Source: Dehalococcoidia bacterium (GTDB lineage: Bacteria > Chloroflexota > Dehalococcoidia > Lucifugimonadales > Australimonadaceae). From it: a stretch of DNA of 64,000 nucleotides. Where the stretch lies: NCBI GenBank assembly GCA_965206315.1, contig OZ242210.1, positions 258,822 through 322,821 on the forward strand, given 5' to 3'. Positions within the stretch are counted from its first letter, which is position 1. The number at the start of each line of letters is the position of its first letter. Position numbers and translations under genes: made by a program. Shown piece after piece: positions 27,264-35,154 of the stretch. The notes beneath the pieces are model-generated. The model had not been told where the DNA came from and searched no databases. It saw only the letters and a program-made list of their open reading frames with translations.

Positions 27264-28062
27264 TCCGCAGTCCTTCGATCTCGTACAGCTCCTCGAGCAT
27301 GCGGTCACGGATGCTGAAGGCGGGCACGTCGAACTGCACGAGCCCGTTCCGCAGGCCCACGATGCGGTCGAAGAACTCGCGCGCAAGGTCGATGGAGTGG
27401 ATGCTGGCGACGAGCGTTTCGCCCTGCTCCTCGGTCACGTCGGTGAGCAGGCGCACGACTTCCCTGGCCCGTGCGGGATCGAGCGATGCCACGGGCTCGT
27501 CCGCCAGCACGACAGTGGGACGCTGGACGAGCACCCGCGCTATCGCGACCCGCTGCTGCTCGCCGCCGGAGAGGCGACCGGCGCGCTGGTGCGCAAGGTG
27601 CGTGACGCCTACGCGTTCGAGGGCATCGAGCGCGAGCCGCTGCTCGCGGGGCCAGACCAGCGAGAGCAACGACTTGCCGAAGCTCCACTCGCCGAGCCTT
27701 CCCGCCAGCACGTTGTGCAGCACCGAGAGGTTCGGGACGAGGTCGAACTGCTGGGCGATCATCCCGACGAGCCGGGCGAGTTCGCGGCCGGGACGGAGGC
27801 TGGAGAGGTCACGCCCGCAAAGCTCGACAACGCCGGTCGTCGGGGCGGCGGCGCCCGCCATGAGCCGCAGCAGCGTCGTCTTTCCGGCGCCGCTCGGCCC
27901 GATCACGGCCACCCGGGTGCCCCGCTCGACGGCGAACTCCAGCGGCGCCAGCACGGTCGTTTGGCCGTAGCGCATGGAGGCGCCGTCGAACCGGACGGCG
28001 GGGACCGCCGTCGCAGCGACGGACGCCTCGCTACTCGATAATGCCGAATTGGCGCGCAGCAT
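27253..28062 (-). CDS. phnC: phosphonate/phosphite-type ABC transporter ATP-binding protein
   Basis: Walker A GPSGAGKT, signature LSGGEQQRVAIAR, Walker B VVLADEP. The start is uncertain. ATG at 28062 keeps the first beta-strand (VRFDGASMRYG) and overlaps phnD by 32 nt. Confidence 0.8.
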   Translation of the reverse strand: MLRANSALSSSEASVAATAVPAVRFDGASMRYGQTTVLAPLEFAVERGTRVAVIGPSGAGKTTLLRLMAGAAAPTTGVVELCGRDLSSLRPGRELARLVGMIAQQFDLVPNLSVLHNVLAGRLGEWSFGKSLLSLVWPREQRLALDALERVGVTHLAHQRAGRLSGGEQQRVAIARVLVQRPTVVLADEPVASLDPARAREVVRLLTDVTEEQGETLVASIHSIDLAREFFDRIVGLRNGLVQFDVPAFSIRDRMLEELYEIEGLRSEV

Positions 28063-28903
28063 CCTCAATGGCCTGGTACCTGTCGTTGCTCGTGCGAACG
28101 AACCGTTCGCCGTTGAAGGACTCGGCGATCTCCTTCGCCTGCCCGCCCCGGTCAACGTCGACGGTGAGCAGCGCGTCGGTGATGTTGTCCAACGCGTCCT
28201 CGCCGAACTTGTCGCCGATCGAAGGATGCGCCACCCAGTGGTAGTTGACGTACGCCGGCGTTCGATAGAACACGTCGACCTTGGACGTGTCGACCTCGCC
28301 GGCCGCGACGCGTCTCTCCCAGACGGCCTCGCTGAGCGCGCCTGCGTCGAACGAGCCGGCCTCCACGAGCTTCCATGTCGTGTCGTGCGAACCGCTGAAG
28401 CTGAGGGCGCCGAGCTCCGTCTCCGTGTCGACTCCCGCCTGGCTCAGGTAGTAGCGGGGCATCAGGTGCCCGGAGGTGGAGCTTTCGGAGCCGAACGTCA
28501 CCGTCTTGCCGCGCAGGTCATCGAGACTGCTGATGCCCGAGCCGGGCGCCGCGACGAAGACGGAATGGAACTCGCCGTCGCGCGGGCGGTGCGCGATGGC
28601 GTCGGCCTCGGGGACGGCGATCCGCGCCTGCACGCCGGTGACTGCGCCGTACCACACGAGATGGATGTCGCCCTGCTTGAAGGAGGTGACGACGGCGGCA
28701 TAGTCCGCCTGGGGCACGTAGCGCACGTTCAACCCTGTCTCCTCCGAAAGGTACTCGGCGAGATTGTTGAAGCGCGCTTCCAACACGCTCACGTCCTGAT
28801 CGGGTATCCCGGCGATGAGCAGCTCCTGCTCTTCTCCGCTTCCACACGCTGTCAGCCCTGCCAGCAGCAGGACAGCAGCCATTCCGATGACGATCTTTCG
28901 CAT
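28031..28903 (-). CDS. phnD: PhnD/PtxB-family periplasmic binding lipoprotein
   Basis: Lipobox MRKIVIGMAAVLLLAGLTAC. PhnD-like core (IPDQD..., DIHLVWYGAVTG, SGHLMPRYYL). AAGGAGAG SD before the ATG at 28901-28903. Confidence 0.85.
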   Translation of the reverse strand: MRKIVIGMAAVLLLAGLTACGSGEEQELLIAGIPDQDVSVLEARFNNLAEYLSEETGLNVRYVPQADYAAVVTSFKQGDIHLVWYGAVTGVQARIAVPEADAIAHRPRDGEFHSVFVAAPGSGISSLDDLRGKTVTFGSESSTSGHLMPRYYLSQAGVDTETELGALSFSGSHDTTWKLVEAGSFDAGALSEAVWERRVAAGEVDTSKVDVFYRTPAYVNYHWVAHPSIGDKFGEDALDNITDALLTVDVDRGGQAKEIAESFNGERFVRTSNDRYQAIEDAARQFGIIE

Positions 28904-28992
28904 GTCTCTCCTTAGGTCTCCTGGGGGATGCGAGGTATGATACTGTCTCGTGATGGTTGGCGGCATGAACGATTACAATTTATCATCAACGC

Positions 28993-29916
28993 ATGGATGT
29001 TGGTGCACTCAGGAGCTTCGTCGCCGTGTGTCGTTCCGGCAGCTTCCATGGGGCTGCGCGTGAGCGGCACGTGAGCCAACCGGGCGTGAGCAGGCACGTC
29101 CAACGGTTGGAGGAAGAGCTCGGCGTAACCCTGCTGGTCCGCCAACGGAAGCACGCGGTGCCGACCGCCGCGGGCAGCAGGCTCTTCGCCTACGCCGTGG
29201 ACGCGATCGCCGCCCATGACCGGATCATCGAGTCACTCGCGCGGGACGACGCAGCGGTCGAGGGCGAGCTCCGGATCGCGGCGAGCACCGCACCGGGGGA
29301 GTACCTGCTGCCCGGCCTCCTGTCGCAGTTCACGGAGATCTACCCGCGAGTGCGGCCACGGGTTGCAGTCACCGATTCCGCATCGGCGACTGCCCAGGTC
29401 GCGGAGGGCCACGCCGATATCGGGTTCACCGGGATGCGGGCGGCGCACCCTTCCCTGGAGTGGACGGTGGTCGCGGAAGACGAGCTGGTGCTCGCCGTGC
29501 CGGGAAGACATCCGTTCGCGGGCAGGGCGTCGGTTGACGTGAGCGAGCTGAAAGGGCTGCCGTTTATCGAGCGGGAACCGGGGTCCGGCACCTGGACCGG
29601 TCTCCGCCGCGCGCTGGACACGGCGGGGATCGGAGAGCCCGGTTACACGCCGGTCATGGTCGTCAACTCGACGCACGCTACGCTCGCCGCCGTCAACAAC
29701 GGCTTCGGGTTCAGTATCGTATCCTCGCTTGCGGTCCACGAGCACGAGTTCGACCAGGTCTACCCGGCGCGGTTGACCGGCCTCGACACCACTCGAAGCT
29801 TGTTTATGGTCAAGCGGACCTCGCTCGACTCATCCGTTGCCCAGGCGTTCGGGGACTGGGTGCTGGCCCGCCTCGCAAAGGGGCGCGAGACCATTGAAGG
29901 GGATCTATCGCGATGA
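28993..29916 (+). CDS. LysR-family transcriptional regulator
   Basis: MDVGALRSFVAVCRSGSFHGAARERHVSQPGVSRHVQRLEEELGVTLL HTH plus a LysR substrate domain. Divergent from phnD. A GAT-N8-ATC dyad lies at 28971-28984. Its stop overlaps the egtD start (ATGA). Confidence 0.9.
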   Translation: MDVGALRSFVAVCRSGSFHGAARERHVSQPGVSRHVQRLEEELGVTLLVRQRKHAVPTAAGSRLFAYAVDAIAAHDRIIESLARDDAAVEGELRIAASTAPGEYLLPGLLSQFTEIYPRVRPRVAVTDSASATAQVAEGHADIGFTGMRAAHPSLEWTVVAEDELVLAVPGRHPFAGRASVDVSELKGLPFIEREPGSGTWTGLRRALDTAGIGEPGYTPVMVVNSTHATLAAVNNGFGFSIVSSLAVHEHEFDQVYPARLTGLDTTRSLFMVKRTSLDSSVAQAFGDWVLARLAKGRETIEGDLSR

Positions 29917-30893
29917 CCGGATCATTCAACGTCACCGTCTGTACGTCAGCGGACGAGGAGCGCGCCTCCGCGGTGGAGGAGATCGTTCGGGGTCTGACGG
30001 CGGAGCCGAAGACGCTGAGCCCCAAGTTCCTCTACCACGAGGACGGCTCCGGCCTGTTCGACGAGATCACGCACCTGGAGGAGTACTACCCCACCCGTAT
30101 CGAGCACTGGCTGCTCGAGAACTACGGCGCCCTGATAGTTGGCGAGGTTCGGCCCCACGAGGTCGTTGAGCTCGGGCCCGGCAACAGCGCCAAGAGCGGT
30201 ATGCTCATCGGCCCCGGACTGCAAGCCGGAACGCTGCAGCGCTACATTCCCTTCGACATCAGCGAGTCGGCGGTCCGTGAGGGTGCGCGTGCCCTGTTCG
30301 ACCTGTACCCGGACCTCGGCGAGATCGCCGCTGTCGTCGGCGATTTCGGACGCCACCTCTCCGCCATACCTCACCCGCAGGGAACACGCCTCATCGCGTT
30401 CCTGGGTTCGACGATCGGCAACCTCTACCCCGATGAGCGAAGCCGCTTCCTGACGGAGGTGCGAGGGCTGATGTCCCAGCCGGAAGATGCGCTGCTCGTG
30501 GGAGTGGACCTCATCAAGGAGGTTCGCACCATAGAGGCGGCCTACAACGACGCCAGGGGCGTGACCGCCCTGTTCAACCTCAACTCGCTCAAGGCGGTGA
30601 ACGACCTGCTGGGCGTCGACATCGACGTCAACCAGTTCAGACACTGCGCGCTGTTCAACGACGAGCATTCGCGGATCGAGATGCACCTGGAGGCACGGGC
30701 CGACGTTGCATTCACGCTGCCCGGGAGCAACGACATCGTGCGCGTCCAGGCCGGAGAAACGATCTGGACCGAGAGCTCCTACAAGTTCACCAGGGACGGC
30801 TTCGCCGGGACGCTGCACGATGCGGGCTTCGGCGATGTCCGCTGGTTCACCGACCCCGAGGAGATGTTCGCGCTGGCGCTGGCCCGTCCGTGA
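29913..30893 (+). CDS. egtD: L-histidine N-alpha-methyltransferase (hercynine synthase)
   Basis: Strong resemblance to mycobacterial EgtD: LSPKFLYHEDGSGLFDEITHLEEYYPTR, ELGPGNSAK, FLGSTIGNLYP, AYNDARGVTALFN, RIEMHL, SYKF. Confidence 0.88.
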   Translation: MTGSFNVTVCTSADEERASAVEEIVRGLTAEPKTLSPKFLYHEDGSGLFDEITHLEEYYPTRIEHWLLENYGALIVGEVRPHEVVELGPGNSAKSGMLIGPGLQAGTLQRYIPFDISESAVREGARALFDLYPDLGEIAAVVGDFGRHLSAIPHPQGTRLIAFLGSTIGNLYPDERSRFLTEVRGLMSQPEDALLVGVDLIKEVRTIEAAYNDARGVTALFNLNSLKAVNDLLGVDIDVNQFRHCALFNDEHSRIEMHLEARADVAFTLPGSNDIVRVQAGETIWTESSYKFTRDGFAGTLHDAGFGDVRWFTDPEEMFALALARP

Positions 30894-30900
30894 GCCGGCG

Positions 30901-31845
30901 TCATCCCCCGGTGGACGCTTCCTTGAGGCGGCGGTACACCGCGACCACCGTCTCCCACGCCGCCTGCGCCTGCTCCGAACGGATCGCGGTCATCTGCTCG
31001 CCCGCGCGGTAGCACCACGTCGACACGTTGGCTATCCCGGTTGCGGCCATCGCCTCCGCAGCCCTGGTGATCTCGTTCTCCCGACCCGCTGGTATCGAGA
31101 ACGCCTGCAGCCAGGCCATTGGCTCCTGCCGGGACTTACTGCATGCGTCGACGATAGCTGCGCACGCGTCGTGCACATAAGGAGAGACGGGTTGTCCGTG
31201 CGCTCCCCACAAGGGTGATACCGCGACCACGTCGGCCGCGCGGGCCGCCGCCAGCTGCTCCGACAGGCTTGGCCCGGGGAGCACGCCGACCGCAGTGCGC
31301 AGTCCGAGTCCGCGGGCATCGCCGCATGCGTCCTCCATCAGGCGGGCCAGGCTCCACTCGAGAAACGTCCCCCCGCCCTGCGCTTCGAGGAAGGCTTGCT
31401 GCATCTCCCGGCAGCTCTCGCAAACGCACGACGCCTCTCCGGGAGCCATCGGGTCGTCGAAGAACACAGCGTCGGCGCCCGCCCCTGCTGCCGCCTCGAT
31501 CCAGCTCTGGAGCAGTTCGCGGAATGCAGGCGCGTTCGGGCAGGCCACCGGGACCCGTTCGCCATCAGGCTTGACCTGCCATGACTCGGGATGCCTGAGC
31601 AGGAAGTCGCTGAACGCTTCGCCCGCGAAGAGGCCCCCCAGCCCCCAGCAGTCCAGCCAGGCATCGAGGCCGGCCTCGTGCGTGGCGTTCACCAGCGCGC
31701 TTATCTCGCCGGAGTGGAAGGCCAGGTCGTACTCGCTGAAGGTGTGAACGACGTAGTCGCAACCGGCCTCGACGATCTCAGGAAGGTCTCGCTCCGCGTA
31801 ATGCCGGACGAACCGGTTGCCAAGGTACGTGACGCCGAGTTTCAT
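30901..31845 (-). CDS. hypothetical protein, possibly TIM-barrel-like, downstream of glmS
   Basis: 314 aa from MKLGVTYLGNRFVRHY..., 28 nt after the glmS stop. No family recognised with confidence. The ORF extension to 32031 overlaps glmS and is rejected. Confidence 0.5.
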   Translation of the reverse strand: MKLGVTYLGNRFVRHYAERDLPEIVEAGCDYVVHTFSEYDLAFHSGEISALVNATHEAGLDAWLDCWGLGGLFAGEAFSDFLLRHPESWQVKPDGERVPVACPNAPAFRELLQSWIEAAAGAGADAVFFDDPMAPGEASCVCESCREMQQAFLEAQGGGTFLEWSLARLMEDACGDARGLGLRTAVGVLPGPSLSEQLAAARAADVVAVSPLWGAHGQPVSPYVHDACAAIVDACSKSRQEPMAWLQAFSIPAGRENEITRAAEAMAATGIANVSTWCYRAGEQMTAIRSEQAQAAWETVVAVYRRLKEASTGG

Positions 31846-31873
31846 ACGCGCGCAGTACCGCCCGGCTCTCGCG

Positions 31874-33727
31874 CTACTCGACGGTGACGCTCTTCGCGAG
31901 ATTGCGCGGCTGGTCCACGTCGTTGCCGAGCAGGTCGGCCGTCCGGTAGGCGAACATCTGCAGCGGCGCCACAGCCACCATCGGCTGCAGCAGCGGCGGA
32001 CACTCGGGCACCCACAGCACGTCGTCCGCATACCCCGCGATCTCGACGCTGCCCGCCGTGGCTACGGCGATGACCTTCCCGTCGCGAGCGCGCACTTCCG
32101 ACATGCTGATCAGCATCTTCTCGTACAGCGCGTTGCGCGGCGCTACCGCGACGACCGGGGTATCGGCGTCGATGAGCGCGATAGGGCCGTGCTTTATCTC
32201 CGCGGCGGACATGCCCTCCGCGTGGATGTAGCTCGTCTCCTTCATCTTGTACGCGCCCTCGCGCGCGACCGGCTCCATCAGCCCGCGGCCCAGGAAGAGG
32301 AAACGCCGCGCGTTCATATGCCGCCGCGCGGTCTCCTCTGCATCGCGTTCTGTCATCTCGATCGCGGCGCCCAGAAGGGCGGGGAGCCGGGTGATCTCGT
32401 CCACGCAGCGCACGACGCTCTCCGCGCTCAGCGTTTCGCGTTGCTGTCCGAGGGCGCACGCCGCGAGATACATCACGACCATCGAGTTCACCATCGTCTT
32501 CGTCGAGGCGACGCCAACCTCGTGGCCCGCGTGCATGAGCAGGGTGCGTTCCACGGCGCGAGTGGCTTCACTCTCCGGTACGTTGGTGATGACGGCGGTC
32601 CGGGCGCCACGGGCGCGGGCCTCGTGGAGCGCCTGCAGAGTATCCGCCGTCTCGCCGGACTGCGTGACGCCGACGACCAGTGTGTGCCTGTCCAGCACCG
32701 GGTCGCGGTGAAGAAACTCAGCGGCGTTCTCAGCCGATGCCGGGATGCGGGCGAGCAACTCGACGTAACGAGCGCCCACCAGACCCGCGTGAACGCTCGT
32801 GCCCATACCCAGGAAGACCACGCGCGTCAGCGCCTTGGCCTCCGCGTCCGTGAGCGGCAGCAGCCTCTCTTCCAGTTGGGCCTCGCCCTGCGAGAATGCG
32901 ATGCGTCCGTGCAGGGCGCTCATCGCGGACTCGGGCTGCTCGTGTATCTCCTTCAGCGTGAAGTGCTTGTAGCCGCCCTTCGCGGCGGCCCCGCCGTTCA
33001 CACCCACGGGGTGCAGCGCGCGCGTCGACAGCCTGCCGTCCAGCGTCCGCAGTTCGAATCCCTCCGGCCTCACCACTGCGGACTCCCCCGGCTCCAGGAA
33101 TATCGCCGTCGGCGCATAGGGCGTCAGCGCGGGAAGGTCGCTCCCGATGAGCGTTTCGCCCTCACCCGCGCCCACGGCGATGCCGCCCGCGTTGCCGATG
33201 CGCGCGACGACGAGCATCTCCGGCGTACGCGCGTGCATGCAGGCTATCGCGTGGGCCCCCCGCAGCCGTCCTGCCGCCCGGCGGACCGCCTCCTCGAACG
33301 CCAACCCATCGGCCAACAACTCTTCTATAAGGTGCGGGATGATCTCCGTATCCGTCTGCGAGTGGAACCGGTGGCCGCTCGCGGTCAGCCGCGCCTTGAG
33401 CTCAGCGTAGTTCTCCACGATGCCGTTGTGGACGACCACGACCTCGCCCGTGCCGTCCGTGTGCGGGTGCGCGTTCACGTTGGAGGCGGGCCCGTGCGTG
33501 GCCCAGCGTGTGTGGCCGATGCCCTGCCGCCCGCTGACCGGCTCGTTCTCAACGAGCCGCCGGAGGTTGTCCAGCTTGCCGGCGGCGCGCCGGATCGAAA
33601 GGTGCCCGAAGTCGTCCGCAACGGCAAGGCCCGCGCTGTCGTAGCCGCGGTAGGAGAGGCGCGTCAGCCCGTCCAGCAGGATGCTGGATGCCTCACGAGG
33701 GCCGGTGTATCCGAATATCCCGCACAT
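31874..33727 (-). CDS. glmS: glutamine--fructose-6-phosphate aminotransferase
   Basis: MCGIFGYTG (catalytic Cys2), two SIS domains, C-terminal ...AKSVTVE. 617 aa. Confidence 0.97.
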   Translation of the reverse strand: MCGIFGYTGPREASSILLDGLTRLSYRGYDSAGLAVADDFGHLSIRRAAGKLDNLRRLVENEPVSGRQGIGHTRWATHGPASNVNAHPHTDGTGEVVVVHNGIVENYAELKARLTASGHRFHSQTDTEIIPHLIEELLADGLAFEEAVRRAAGRLRGAHAIACMHARTPEMLVVARIGNAGGIAVGAGEGETLIGSDLPALTPYAPTAIFLEPGESAVVRPEGFELRTLDGRLSTRALHPVGVNGGAAAKGGYKHFTLKEIHEQPESAMSALHGRIAFSQGEAQLEERLLPLTDAEAKALTRVVFLGMGTSVHAGLVGARYVELLARIPASAENAAEFLHRDPVLDRHTLVVGVTQSGETADTLQALHEARARGARTAVITNVPESEATRAVERTLLMHAGHEVGVASTKTMVNSMVVMYLAACALGQQRETLSAESVVRCVDEITRLPALLGAAIEMTERDAEETARRHMNARRFLFLGRGLMEPVAREGAYKMKETSYIHAEGMSAAEIKHGPIALIDADTPVVAVAPRNALYEKMLISMSEVRARDGKVIAVATAGSVEIAGYADDVLWVPECPPLLQPMVAVAPLQMFAYRTADLLGNDVDQPRNLAKSVTVE

Positions 33728-34101
33728 GCGCTGTAAGGGAGTGTAGCACTCCGGCCGTCACTGCTGTGAATCGTGACATCCGCCCGTTGCGCTGGCGAAC
33801 ATCCCTCCTTACCCTGTTCCTGGCGACCGTGTGCCCCTGGGGCTGCGCCTCCGGAAGCCCTGTCGCATATTGCTGCTTTCTGTACGCATTGCAGCGGCAG
33901 TTCGTCTGGGTCGCTGGTGCGGAGCGCAGGCCGATTGTCGCAGGGAAGGGCCGGGATTCACGAAGAAAGTACGCCTGATGCAGCAGAAAGCGACAGAAAA
34001 CAGAAACTCGCCCTCGCCCCAGGCACTCCTTCACCCTCGGAGGTTGGCTACTGAGGCCGGTGGGGCTACCATCCGCCCAAGCGACGGTTGAGGAGGGCGA
34101 C

Positions 34102-35148
34102 ATGGCACGAGGTCCGGTGATCGACGCAGACGGCCACATCCTGGAGCGGTCTCAGGATGTGTGGCGATACATCGAGCCGCCGTTCGACAAGCGTGGCGGC
34201 GGCCTCTGGGGAGGTGGTCATCCGTGGGATGCCGAGCTGGCCGGGACGCTGACCAACCACGACTACAAGGACGGTGGCTTGGAGCCCGAGCGCCAGGTGG
34301 AGACGTGGCTGCGCATCGCTGACCGGGAGAATATCGAGACGGCGGTCCTCTTCCCCACCGGCTCCGGGCACGTCGCCTACATCCCCGAGCCTGCGTGGGC
34401 AGTCGCGGTCGCGCGCGCGACCAACACCCACTTCGCGACCGATTACGGCGCAGCGTCGCCGCGCCTCCGTCCTGTGGGTGTTCTGCCCATGCGCGACCCG
34501 CAGGCAGCGGCGGAAGAGCTCCGCCGGGCCGTTACGGAGCTGGGGCTGGTGAGCTTCGAGATCCTCTCGCAGGGGCTTAACTTTGGGTTCGGCGACCCCT
34601 TCTATGACCCCATCTTCGCGGAGGCCGAGCGCCTTGGCGTGCCGCTCTGCATACACGGCACGCGCTCCAGGCCGGAGGAGGTAGGGGGCGAACGGTTCAA
34701 GACGTTCGCTGAGGTGCACACCTACGTGTTCCCGGCGTCCGTCACCCTGCACTTCGTCAGCACCATGGCGAACGGGGTGCTCGAGCGCTTCCCGAAGCTG
34801 AAGCTCGCCTTCCTCGAGATCGGTGCGACGTGGCTGCCCTACTGGCTGGACCGGCTGGACGAGCACTGGGAGCTCCGTGGCGCCCAGGAGATGCCGCACG
34901 TCACGAAACGGCCGACGGACGTCTTCCGTGAGCACGAGGTCTACGTGAGCGTGGAGCCGGAGGAGACGATGCTCCCCCAGACTATCGAACACCTCGGAGA
35001 CGAACACTTCCTGTTCGCATCCGACGTTCCACACTGGGATGCGCGGTTCCCAGAGAACCTCGAATACCTAGAGTCTCGACAGGACATCTCCGCGGCGAGC
35101 CTTCGGAAGATCACGTACGACAACGGGAAGCGCCTCTTCGGGCTCTAG
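34102..35148 (+). CDS. amidohydrolase_2-family metal-dependent hydrolase
   Basis: MARGPVIDADGHILE..., CIHG, FASDVPHWD. GAGGAGGG SD before the ATG at 34102. Confidence 0.85.
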   Translation: MARGPVIDADGHILERSQDVWRYIEPPFDKRGGGLWGGGHPWDAELAGTLTNHDYKDGGLEPERQVETWLRIADRENIETAVLFPTGSGHVAYIPEPAWAVAVARATNTHFATDYGAASPRLRPVGVLPMRDPQAAAEELRRAVTELGLVSFEILSQGLNFGFGDPFYDPIFAEAERLGVPLCIHGTRSRPEEVGGERFKTFAEVHTYVFPASVTLHFVSTMANGVLERFPKLKLAFLEIGATWLPYWLDRLDEHWELRGAQEMPHVTKRPTDVFREHEVYVSVEPEETMLPQTIEHLGDEHFLFASDVPHWDARFPENLEYLESRQDISAASLRKITYDNGKRLFGL

Positions 35149-35154
35149 GCTGCT

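Noticed and set aside
33775-33828. Calling a glmS ribozyme in the glmS leader
   Set aside because: Only two short core-like strings match (GGTCGCCAGGAAC and GGGCGGATG). The P1 hairpin and P3/P4 regions are not evident, and the spacing is about half that of known ribozymes. It is left as a check (covariance-model search) rather than an annotation.
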